From an uncultured delta proteobacterium (lineage in GTDB: Bacteria; Myxococcota_A; Polyangia; Fen-1088), in the NCBI GenBank assembly GCA_963737265.1, contig CAVTRY010000005.1, forward strand, positions 1 through 15,007: DNA of 15,007 nt, given 5' to 3'. Shown piece after piece: positions 1 to 7,440 of this stretch; the first letter of the stretch is position 1, and each line of letters opens with the position of its first letter. The position numbers were made by a program, and so were the translations under genes. The notes under the pieces are model-generated. The model had not been told where the DNA came from. It did no database searches and saw nothing but the letters and a program-made list of their open reading frames with translations.

Positions 1-2399
1 TCATCGGCGGCCGGCTCGACCGGTAGGTGCACGCGCACCACCTTCGCCTTACGGGCCAAGGCATGGCCGCGTCCGCCGCGTGCGCTGACATGGTATCGCC
101 CGGGTCCGACCGAGATCTTCTTGCCGGTTTCGAGCTCGGCAATCAGGACCTCTTCTTCCTTCGCTCTGCCCAAGGCAAAGCCAGCCACACCGTCATCGTC
201 GCCGACCTTGATGATGGTCACGCCGCGGCCGGGGTTGGCCAGCAGGGCGGCCTCATCGGCCGCGCACACCACAGCGCGTGCATCGCCGGTGACGACGCAC
301 AGGATGTCCTTGGCAGCGACCGGCAGAACGCCCACCACTTCGTCGCCCTCGGCCAGCTTGGCAAAACGCCTTCCCGCGCGTGTGGATAGCTCGCGGTGCG
401 GATCGAGGCTGAAGCGAAAGCCAAACCCCTTGCGCGTGACAGAAATCGCCAGCGTGTCGGCGGGAATGGCCGCAGGGCCGCTGCCCAAAGTCACCAGCCC
501 GGCGACGACGCGCTCGCCGTCGCGGAAGTTGAGCAACTTCTGCACCGGCTCGCCGTAGCCCGTGGACGCCGGTACGTCGTTGATGCGAATGACGTAGCAA
601 CTGCCCAAATTCGAGAAGATGGCCAGCGAATCCTTGGTCGAGCCACGCAGCGCCGCCAGCACGGCGTCGCCTTCGCGCAAACGCGTGGCCGACAAGTCCT
701 TGACCTCGCGCACACGCTTGAGCCAGCCGTCGCGCGACAGAATGACCGTCACCTCCTCGTCGAGAATGAAATCCTCGGCCTGGAATTCCACGTCGTCCCC
801 GCCCCCGCCGCCTACCTTGGTGCGCCGCTTGTCGGTGAACCTCCTGGCGATGTCATCGAGCTCGCCGCGAATGACCTTCCACAGCTTGCGCTCGTCCTTG
901 AGAATGGCCTCGATCTCCTTGGCGCGCCCGCGCTTCGCCGCCAGCTCTTCGAGGATGATTTGGATCTCCAATCGCGCCAGCTTGTACAGCTTGAGCTCGA
1001 GGATGGCGTCGGTCTGCTCGTCGTCGAGGCCGAAGCGCTTGATGAGCTTGCCCGCGGCGTCGGCCTTACCCTCCGACTTGCGAATGATGCGGATCGCCTC
1101 GTCGAGCGCATCGAAGATGATGGCGAAGCCTTCGAGGAGGTGAATGCGCCGCTTGAGCTCGGCCAGCTCGTATTCGAAGCGGCGGGTAACGACTTCCTCG
1201 CGAAAATCGAGAAACTCGCTCAAGATCGAACGCAGGTTAAGGCGCATCGGCCCCGCCACCTCGCGGTTCTGCGTGGGCACGAGGCAGGTCATGTTGACGT
1301 GGAAGGAAAGCGCCAGCGGCGTGTGCTTGTAGAGATACGCCATCACCAGCGCGGGATCCGCGCCCGGCTTGAGCTCGAGCACAATGCGCACGTCACGCGT
1401 GGATTCGTCGCGCACATCGACCAACTGGGGCAGCTTCTTGTCGATGATGACGCCCGCGATGCGCTCGACCAGGTCGGCCTTGGAGACGTTGTAGGGAATC
1501 GACGTGACGACGACAAGGGAGGCGCCCTTCTTGCTCTCCTCGGTCTTCCATTCGCCGCGCAGATGGACGGGCCCTTGGCCGGTCTCGTACATCTCGCGCA
1601 GTTCCTTCTTGGAATTGGTGCACTGGCCGCCCGTCGGGAAATCGGGCCCCTTGATGTACTTGAGCAGATCCTTGCACTCGAGCTTGGGATCGTCGATGAG
1701 CGCGATGGCCGCCTGGCACACCTCCGACAAGTTGTGCGGCGGAATGTTGGTGGCCATGCCCACCGCGATACCGGTGCAGCCGTTGGTAAGCAGCTGCGGC
1801 ACGCGCGCCGGCAGCACGATGGGCTCTTCCACCGTGCCGTCATAGTTGGGGCGAAAGTCGACCGTGCCTTCCTTGATCTCGTCCAGCAGCTCCATCGCCA
1901 GCGGCGCCAAGCGCGCCTCGGTGTAGCGATAGGCTGCGGGCGAATCTCCGTCGAGCGAACCGAAATTCCCGTGACCGTCAACCAGCGGATAGCGCAGGGA
2001 AAAGTCTTGCGCCATGCGCACCATGGCGTCGTAGCAGGCAGTATCGCCGTGCGGGTGGTACTTGCCGATGACCGTGCCCACGATATTCGCGGACTTGCGG
2101 AACCTGCCGTCGGGATAGAGGTGCAGGTCGTTGTGCATGGCGAACAAGATCCGCCGCTGTACGGGCTTGAGGCCGTCGCGCACGTCGGGCAGCGCGCGCG
2201 AGGTGATGACGCTGACCGCGTAGTTGAGATAGCGGCGCTGGGCCTCATCGACCAGCGACGCCTCGGCCGGCTCGGGCGGCAGCGATCCGCCGCCACCGTC
2301 GGTACCTCCTCCGCGCCCGCCGCCGCCCTTGCCTCGCTGGGGCGGGACGGTGGCTGTGTTTCCATTTTCGTCGAGCAGATCGAGCTGTTTACCGGACAT
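1..2399 (-). CDS. parC: Type IIA DNA topoisomerase subunit A (GyrA/ParC family), probably topoisomerase IV subunit A; 3' end runs off the left edge
   Basis: Manual translation from ATG 2399: [11 protein letters not shown]...[29 protein letters not shown]...[53 protein letters not shown] (catalytic Tyr). The segments I translated at both ends share one frame (about 799 codons in the window). The CTD start ([19 protein letters not shown]) lacks the QRRGGKG GyrA-box, favouring ParC. Confidence 0.93.
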   Translation of the reverse strand, partial: MSGKQLDLLDENGNTATVPPQRGKGGGGRGGGTDGGGGSLPPEPAEASLVDEAQRRYLNYAVSVITSRALPDVRDGLKPVQRRILFAMHNDLHLYPDGRFRKSANIVGTVIGKYHPHGDTACYDAMVRMAQDFSLRYPLVDGHGNFGSLDGDSPAAYRYTEARLAPLAMELLDEIKEGTVDFRPNYDGTVEEPIVLPARVPQLLTNGCTGIAVGMATNIPPHNLSEVCQAAIALIDDPKLECKDLLKYIKGPDFPTGGQCTNSKKELREMYETGQGPVHLRGEWKTEESKKGASLVVVTSIPYNVSKADLVERIAGVIIDKKLPQLVDVRDESTRDVRIVLELKPGADPALVMAYLYKHTPLALSFHVNMTCLVPTQNREVAGPMRLNLRSILSEFLDFREEVVTRRFEYELAELKRRIHLLEGFAIIFDALDEAIRIIRKSEGKADAAGKLIKRFGLDDEQTDAILELKLYKLARLEIQIILEELAAKRGRAKEIEAILKDERKLWKVIRGELDDIARRFTDKRRTKVGGGGGDDVEFQAEDFILDEEVTVILSRDGWLKRVREVKDLSATRLREGDAVLAALRGSTKDSLAIFSNLGSCYVIRINDVPASTGYGEPVQKLLNFRDGERVVAGLVTLGSGPAAIPADTLAISVTRKGFGFRFSLDPHRELSTRAGRRFAKLAEGDEVVGVLPVAAKDILCVVTGDARAVVCAADEAALLANPGRGVTIIKVGDDDGVAGFALGRAKEEEVLIAELETGKKISVGPGRYHVSARGGRGHALARKAKVVRVHLPVEPAAD

Positions 2400-2432
2400 G
2401 ATGCTTGGAAAAGCGCTGGCTTCCTCCGCCCC

Positions 2433-2461
2433 AAGCTACGAGAGCGATGCCAAGAGATCAA
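2433..2461 (-). promoter_or_regulatory. Candidate sigma70-type promoter for parC
   Basis: Minus strand TTGATC (2461-2456), 17-nt spacer, TAGCTT (2438-2433), 33 nt upstream of the ATG. Confidence 0.5.
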
Positions 2462-2486
2462 GAAAGCAAACCAAACGCTGGATCCG

Positions 2487-2649
2487 ATGGTTAGTGCCTA
2501 CTTCAAAAACGGGGCCAGACGCGCACCCTCATCCAGCTCATTCAAGATCGCAGCGCGATCTGGAGCTGCAGGAGGTGCTCATCGGTACTCCCACCAGCGG
2601 CGTCGCGGGCGGCCCCATCGAGCAAATATTGGTCCGGCTGAGGGCCTGA
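2487..2649 (+). pseudogene. Possible decayed gene fragment of unknown family
   Basis: Short GC3-rich, protein-like runs in three successive frames (MVSAYFKNG / QTRTLIQLIQDR / RDLELQEVLIGTPTSGVAGGPIEQILVRLRA*), ending in TGA at 2649. No homology recognised. Confidence 0.2.
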
Positions 2650-2665
2650 AGCTGGTCCGCATACT

Positions 2666-2695
2666 CGACTTGGTTCCTACCGACTTGGTTCCTAC
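2666..2695. repeat. Perfect 15-bp tandem duplication (CGACTTGGTTCCTAC x2)
   Basis: 2666-2680 and 2681-2695 are identical. Confidence 0.9.
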
Positions 2696-2701
2696 CCGCC
2701 C

Positions 2702-2746
2702 ATCATTGACGGACTTACTCATATCAGTCACACTCATGTCAATGAT
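2702..2746 (+). promoter_or_regulatory. TA operon promoter with a palindromic candidate operator
   Basis: TTGACG (2706-2711), 17 nt, CACACT (2729-2734). A perfect 9-bp inverted repeat ATCATTGAC (2702-2710) / GTCAATGAT (2738-2746) overlaps the -35 and the start codon. Confidence 0.6.
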
Positions 2747-3038
2747 TACGACCGAGAAAGTCGAGACCGTTCGATTCACCACGAAGGGTCAGGTGGTCAT
2801 CCCGTTGCGACTGCGCAAGCAGTTTCACATCGAGGACGGCACCAAAGCCGTGTTGCAGGCCACGCCCGAGGGCATCTTGCTGAAACCGGTGACCGCGGCC
2901 AGCATCCGCAGGCTACGCGGCATCCTAGTGCGAAAGCCCGGCGGCCAGTCCTTTGCCGAGGAATGGGTTGAGCACAAGCGTGAAGAAATAGCCCTGGAGG
3001 AAGCCGAATATGTCCGCACCACAAGTGGCCCTCGATAG
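2742..3038 (+). CDS. AbrB/MazE/SpoVT-family DNA-binding antitoxin (VapB-like)
   Basis: MITTEKVETVRFTTKGQVVIPLRLRKQFHIEDGTKAVLQATPEGILLKP matches the AbrB swapped-hairpin pattern (KGQVVIP..LR....I..G). Acidic C-terminal tail; overlaps the downstream PIN gene by 29 nt. Alternative start at 2736. Confidence 0.9.
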   Translation: MITTEKVETVRFTTKGQVVIPLRLRKQFHIEDGTKAVLQATPEGILLKPVTAASIRRLRGILVRKPGGQSFAEEWVEHKREEIALEEAEYVRTTSGPR

Positions 3039-3417
3039 CCACGCACTGCTAAAGCTCCTGCGGGACGAGCCCGGAGCGGAGACGGTTTCTCGGCTCCTCG
3101 AAAAGGCGGGCGAGCACGACCAACCGGTCCACATGACCGAGGTCAATTATGCCGAGGTGCAATATATCGTTCGGCGAAAGGATGGCGCCGCGGTTTGGAC
3201 AAGCCTCGCCGGCGAGCTGAGGGCCGCCCCCATCGAATTCCATCCCGCCACTCGCCCTCTGGCCGATATCGCCGCCGATTTCAAAGCCCGTTTCAAGATG
3301 AGTCTCGCCGACGCCTTCGCTGCGGCGCTGGCGAAGGAAATGGAAGCCGAGCTGGTCACTGGCGACCCAGAATTCAAGGCGTTGGAAAAGGAAATCAAAA
3401 TCCGTTGGCTGAAGTGA
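3010..3417 (+). CDS. vapC: Type II TA system VapC family toxin (PIN-domain RNase)
   Basis: PIN acidic residues in ALDSHALL, EVNYAEV, SLADAFAAALA and LVTGD; 135 aa; directly downstream of an AbrB-type gene. Confidence 0.92.
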   Translation: MSAPQVALDSHALLKLLRDEPGAETVSRLLEKAGEHDQPVHMTEVNYAEVQYIVRRKDGAAVWTSLAGELRAAPIEFHPATRPLADIAADFKARFKMSLADAFAAALAKEMEAELVTGDPEFKALEKEIKIRWLK

Positions 3418-3459
3418 AGCCCCGACTCGCGCGGCCGAAACTTTGTAGCTCTTCTGACG

Positions 3460-4179
3460 CTAGCTCTCTGGATCCTTGCGCTTGAAGCCGCGGGGAAGCT
3501 TGCGGTCGGCTGCGTCGGGATTGGAGCGGGAGTAGTCGATCCAGCGGTAGCTCGGTGGCTGGCGGACATCGACGTGCACGAAGCCGACCTTGGGGTAGTA
3601 GCCCACGCCCATGCCACCCGCATCGAGGGTTTCCACATAAGCCCGGACTTTGCGCGGGTCGATACCGGGAACGCGAATGTCGGCGGCGGCGCCGTGGAAG
3701 TGGTTGCTGGTGGTACGGCGCTGGAAACGGTACCCGGACAAAAGCTCCAATCGCCGTTCGCCAAAGTGATCGTAGACATGGGAAAGAATCGTCACCAGGC
3801 GCGTATCGATGTCGTGCTCAAGGCCGCTGCGCCGGCACTTGAAGATATGATTGATCTCGGCGAGCGCCTGGACGTTGAAGGAGCCGTCTTCATTGTAGAG
3901 ATTGACGTCAGCCTCGGTCTTGTACGACACCGAGTAGATATGCAGCTTCCCCGACGGTGGCGAGGGAGGCTCCGGCAGCAGATCCTTCTCGGGGACCGCC
4001 CAACCGAGCGGCTTGCCGGCGCGCCTACCGCGCCCCTTGACCGCACGCCTTTCCCATCTCCGTGCGCTGGAAACCTTCGCGCTGTGGGCGGACGACGGCC
4101 AACCCAGGGCGCGTTCGTCAGCCCCCGCGGCCTGAGTGCCGGCCATGACGGTCAGCAGCATCAACGACAACCGCAGCAT
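3460..4179 (-). CDS. YcbK/DUF882 family peptidase M15 (MepK-like peptidoglycan endopeptidase), secreted
   Basis: SGYR...SNHFHGAAADI...GVGYYPKVGFVHVD (LAS-type Zn ligands H, D, H); N-terminal hydrophobic signal peptide. Confidence 0.88.
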   Translation of the reverse strand: MLRLSLMLLTVMAGTQAAGADERALGWPSSAHSAKVSSARRWERRAVKGRGRRAGKPLGWAVPEKDLLPEPPSPPSGKLHIYSVSYKTEADVNLYNEDGSFNVQALAEINHIFKCRRSGLEHDIDTRLVTILSHVYDHFGERRLELLSGYRFQRRTTSNHFHGAAADIRVPGIDPRKVRAYVETLDAGGMGVGYYPKVGFVHVDVRQPPSYRWIDYSRSNPDAADRKLPRGFKRKDPES

Positions 4180-4187
4180 GTCTATCT

Positions 4188-4216
4188 AGACTTAGCCAGG
4201 ATTGCGAATCTGTCAA
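4188..4216 (-). promoter_or_regulatory. Candidate sigma70-type promoter for the YcbK-like gene (possibly leaderless)
   Basis: Perfect TTGACA (4216-4211), 17 nt, AAGTCT (4193-4188), 8 nt, ATG at 4179. No SD visible. Confidence 0.5.
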
Positions 4217-4230
4217 CTCTCACGAGCAGA

Positions 4231-4677
4231 TTAAGTTGAGGCTGGTGTCTGTGCGATTTGTAGGTGAACCAGCTCGATCTGCAATCGCTGGGCAACCTGG
4301 AAGATGCGATCATCGCGGTAGAACTCGCCGTAGACAACTCGGCGAAGGCCGGCGTTGGCGATTTGTTTGAAGCAGTTCCAGCACGGACTGGCCGTCACAT
4401 AAACCGTGCCGCCGTCGATCATGACGCCGTTCTTCGCGGCCTGCAGAATCGCGTTGCTCTCAGCGTGAATGGTCGCCACGCAGTGGTCGTTCTCCATCAT
4501 GTGGCCGACTTCCGTACAGTGGGGCATGCCGCGAATCGATCCGTTGTAGCCGGTCGACAGAATGGTCTTTTCGCGCACGATTACCGCGCCCACGAATTTG
4601 CGCTGGCAAGTCGAGCGCGATGCCACGACGCTCGCGATGTTCATGAAGTACTCGTCCCAGGAAGCTCGTTCGGCCAT
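4231..4677 (-). CDS. dCMP deaminase (cytidine/deoxycytidylate deaminase family, ComEB-like)
   Basis: WDEYFM..A..VA.RSTC, VGAVIV, STGYNG, HAESNAI and PCWNC zinc motifs. Confidence 0.93.
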   Translation of the reverse strand: MAERASWDEYFMNIASVVASRSTCQRKFVGAVIVREKTILSTGYNGSIRGMPHCTEVGHMMENDHCVATIHAESNAILQAAKNGVMIDGGTVYVTASPCWNCFKQIANAGLRRVVYGEFYRDDRIFQVAQRLQIELVHLQIAQTPAST

Positions 4678-4682
4678 GGGGG

Positions 4683-4821
4683 ATTTCTAGCAAGAAATTG
4701 GCTGACGAACTGTCCAAGAATTGGATAGTTCATCAGCAGCCGAGCCAAGGGCTCGGCCGCAGGTGGGGTGAAGTCCGCGAATTTACTTCGCGGACGAGGG
4801 AAGCGCCGCGGCCCTCCCCTC
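4683..4821. repeat. Cluster of consecutive inverted repeats (REP-like or structured RNA)
   Basis: ATTTCT/AGAAAT (4683-4698); 17-bp IR with 2 mismatches (4701-4737); GCCGAGCC/GGCTCGGC (4739-4757); GTCCGCGAA/TTCGCGGAC (4773-4795); GAGGG/CCCTC (4796-4821). Confidence 0.7.
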
Positions 4822-5096
4822 AACAATCTTCAAGACGGGTCCATTTATGGACACGTCTTGAGTGCAGGCTGCCATTCGCTCCACGCATGATGTGTGTGTC
4901 AGCGCACGCCAGAAGCTACCTGACGCGCACTGCTATGACGGTAAAGCGCGCCTGCAATGGATTGTTGTTTCGAGTCTTGCTGGTTCTTGCTAATCATTGA
5001 TGCGACGTGGGCGGCGCCCTGCCCGCGCAAACGCCGCGAACCATGCGCGAAGGACCAAAGTTGGTGTGCCAATGACGGGCGCGAGGAGTGACAGCC

Positions 5097-7115
5097 ATGC
5101 GATCATATTCAGTCGGTATCGAAGACTTCGCGGGGTCGATTGCGTCGCCCCGGTCGTTGATGAGCGGGCTGGCCGTGAGCCTTTGTTTGGCCCTCGGCGC
5201 GTGTAACTCCAACCCCGGCACCCTTGGCGCGGGCGGCTCGGGTGCCCTCGGCGGAAGCGGGGGCACGGTTGCTGGCCAGGATCTTCCAGTCATCACGCTG
5301 CCTGATTCGGGCCCCGGTGGCGACGGCGCACAGACGGTTTGCGTTCCCACCTCGCCCGGATCTTGTTGCGGCAACAGCAGCATCGATCCCGGCGAGGAGT
5401 GCGACGACGGCAACGCGAGCTCGGGGGATGGATGTTCGTCCACCTGCCGGCTGGAAACCGACTGGGCCTGCCCCGTTGTCGGCCAGCCATGCGTCTCGAC
5501 CGTGGTGTGCGGGGACGGTCGCATCTCGGGCAACGAAGTTTGTGACGACCACAACACCACCGACGGCGACGGTTGCTCGGCCGATTGCTCGCAAGTTGAG
5601 GTGGGCTGGGTCTGCACCGCGGCCGGGCTTCGCTGCCAGCCCAAGTGCGGTGACGGCCTGCTGACAGGGTCGGAGGAATGCGACGACGGCAACCTGGTAG
5701 CCGGCGACGGCTGCAGCGCGGCCTGCAAGGTCGAGTCAGGTTGGGCCTGTTCGGCCACGGGAACGGACTGTCATCTGACCGTCTGCGGCGACGGCATCCG
5801 CGAAGGGAGCGAGTCGTGCGACGACGGTAACTTGATTCCGGGCGACGGCTGCTCTCCCGATTGCAAGGCGGAGCCGGTGTGTACGGGGACCAGCGGCTGC
5901 ACCTCGCCCTGCGGTGACGGGCTCAAGCTACCCAACGAAGAGTGCGACGATGGCAACACGCGGTCCGGCGACGGCTGTTCGTCCGATTGCAAGCTGGAGC
6001 CGAACTGGAACTGCACGGTAGTCGTCGACGGCGCCAACACGGATCTCACCGTTCCCATCATCTACCGCGACATGATCCCCTCGACCGCGCCGGCCACCCT
6101 CACGCCACCCCCGCATCCTAATTTCGAGCTCATCCCGACCCCCACCGCCGGTGCCCTGTGCACCGACATGGTCATGCCCACCCTCGGCCCCGATCGCAAG
6201 CCGGTCTACAACCCAGACGTCAGCAAGATCGCCTCCAGCACCACCAACGCGACGGACTTCAATGCCTGGTATCACGACAACACCCCGTACACGAAGATGG
6301 TGCTCGACACCCTCACGCTGGTGAAACAGGCGAACGGAACCTTTCTTTACAACCACGGCGGGACGCAGCCCGGGAGCACGAACCCGCCGCCGTTCTTCCC
6401 GCTCGACAACCGCGGCTGGGCCATCCTCCCGGACGGGCCCGAGATTCCATACCTCGGAGCCGACGGGGCGGGGGTAAAACACAACTTCTCCTTCACCAGC
6501 GAGGTGCGCTACTGGTTTGAGTACCAAGGTGGCGAATCGCTGAACTTCATCGGCGATGACGACGTGTGGGTCTTCGTCAACGGCCAACTGGCCGTCGATA
6601 TCGGCGGCATCCACGGAGCCATCGCGGGCAGCGTGACGCTCAACGCCGCCGGGGCAACGACGTATGGGCTGACCGTCGGTCAGGTCTACGAGATTGTGGT
6701 TTTCCAGGCCGAGCGGCACGTGACCCAATCCAGTTACAAGCTGACGCTCGGTCAGTTCAATCGAACGCACACCGTGTGTACCCCGACGTGCGGCGACGGC
6801 ATCGTCAACGGCACCGAGGAGTGCGACGACGGGCCGAACAACTCCGACACGGCCTACGGGGGATGCACCACCCAGTGCACCCTCGGGCCCTATTGTGGCG
6901 ACGGCAAGGTCGACTCCGCATTCGGCGAACAGTGCGACGACGGCGTCAACCAATCGCCGACCTACGGCGTGACGACGGGCTGCGCTCCGGGATGCCGAAA
7001 GCCGGCCTACTGCGGGGACGGCAACATCGACAGTCAAAACAACGAACAGTGCGACGACGGGGCTACGAACGGCACAGGCCTGTGCACCATTGACTGCATC
7101 ATGAACCCCCCGTAG
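5097..7115 (+). CDS. Fibro-slime (PA14-like) domain lipoprotein with myxobacterial Cys-rich (DUF4215-type) repeats
   Basis: GAGGAG SD at 5083-5088, ATG 5097. Lipobox-like LALGAC. Five CGDG..EECDDGN...GDGCS..C repeats, then HNFSFTSEVRYWFEYQGGESLNFIGDDDVWVFVNGQLAVDIGGIH (fibro-slime), then three more CGDG..CDDG repeats. Confidence 0.9.
   Translation: MRSYSVGIEDFAGSIASPRSLMSGLAVSLCLALGACNSNPGTLGAGGSGALGGSGGTVAGQDLPVITLPDSGPGGDGAQTVCVPTSPGSCCGNSSIDPGEECDDGNASSGDGCSSTCRLETDWACPVVGQPCVSTVVCGDGRISGNEVCDDHNTTDGDGCSADCSQVEVGWVCTAAGLRCQPKCGDGLLTGSEECDDGNLVAGDGCSAACKVESGWACSATGTDCHLTVCGDGIREGSESCDDGNLIPGDGCSPDCKAEPVCTGTSGCTSPCGDGLKLPNEECDDGNTRSGDGCSSDCKLEPNWNCTVVVDGANTDLTVPIIYRDMIPSTAPATLTPPPHPNFELIPTPTAGALCTDMVMPTLGPDRKPVYNPDVSKIASSTTNATDFNAWYHDNTPYTKMVLDTLTLVKQANGTFLYNHGGTQPGSTNPPPFFPLDNRGWAILPDGPEIPYLGADGAGVKHNFSFTSEVRYWFEYQGGESLNFIGDDDVWVFVNGQLAVDIGGIHGAIAGSVTLNAAGATTYGLTVGQVYEIVVFQAERHVTQSSYKLTLGQFNRTHTVCTPTCGDGIVNGTEECDDGPNNSDTAYGGCTTQCTLGPYCGDGKVDSAFGEQCDDGVNQSPTYGVTTGCAPGCRKPAYCGDGNIDSQNNEQCDDGATNGTGLCTIDCIMNPP
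5367..5990 (+). repeat. Five intragenic Myxococcus-type cysteine-rich repeats
   Basis: Recurring TGCGACGACGGCAAC...GACGGCTG-type DNA; protein consensus CG(D/N)...E(E/V/S)CDD(G/H)N...GDGCS..C. Confidence 0.85.
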
Positions 7116-7124
7116 CTGCTGCGG

Positions 7125-7427
7125 ATGACAACCCCACAGCCTCGCAATCCGCTGCACGGAATCACCCTTGAGATGATCCTGGCCGAGTTGGTCGGCTACT
7201 TCGGCTGGCCGGAGCTCGGCCAACGGATCAACGTTCGATGCTTCGCCAGCAATCCAAGCCTTGCATCAAGCCTGAAGTTTCTGCGCCGGACGCCGTGGGC
7301 TCGGGAGAAAGTGGAAAGCTTGTATCATTCATGCTGCGTGAACGGGCACGCCAGGCTCAACGCGATTCCGCCGAAATCGCGTAAAAGCAGGCTCTTGAAG
7401 GGCCAACCCTGCCGTGCGTTCTGCTAG
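7125..7427 (+). CDS. VF530 (DUF2132) family small DNA-binding protein, with a probable frameshift near the 3' end
   Basis: [50 protein letters not shown] is the family signature. After Tyr (7323-7325) a protein-like tail [18 protein letters not shown] lies in another frame, ending TAA 7382-7384. Confidence 0.85.
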   Translation: MTTPQPRNPLHGITLEMILAELVGYFGWPELGQRINVRCFASNPSLASSLKFLRRTPWAREKVESLYHSCCVNGHARLNAIPPKSRKSRLLKGQPCRAFC

Positions 7428-7430
7428 TAT
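7422..7430 (+). promoter_or_regulatory. Candidate extended -10 promoter for the ileS operon
   Basis: TG-C-TAGTAT (7422-7430), 10 nt before GTG 7441. No SD or clear -35. Confidence 0.4.
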
Positions 7431-7440
7431 GCGCGGCTTC

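Noticed and set aside
2030-2060. Thr at the QRDR Ser83/Ser80-equivalent position ([10 protein letters not shown])
   Set aside because: Thr is a natural variant that keeps the hydroxyl, and the acidic +4 residue is retained, so this is not evidence of quinolone resistance.
2300-2340. QRGKGGG in the ParC N-terminus resembling a displaced GyrA-box
   Set aside because: It lies in a low-complexity Gly-rich linker and matches QRRGGKG poorly; chance similarity is more likely.
396-3038. 880-aa plus-strand ORF that appears to fuse a long domain to the AbrB antitoxin
   Set aside because: Most of it is the antisense shadow of parC, as high-GC codon bias suppresses stops. Only the last ~99 codons are a real gene, with their own promoter.
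4231-4677. Deaminase as an anti-phage dCTP deaminase
   Set aside because: It is a 148-aa stand-alone ComEB/dCMP deaminase without the kinase-like domain of defence deaminases, and the context is not a defence island.
5367-7098. Recurring TGCGACGACGG DNA repeats as a possible CRISPR-like array
   Set aside because: They are in-frame coding repeats (CDDG) with synonymous variation and irregular spacing, and no cas genes are present.
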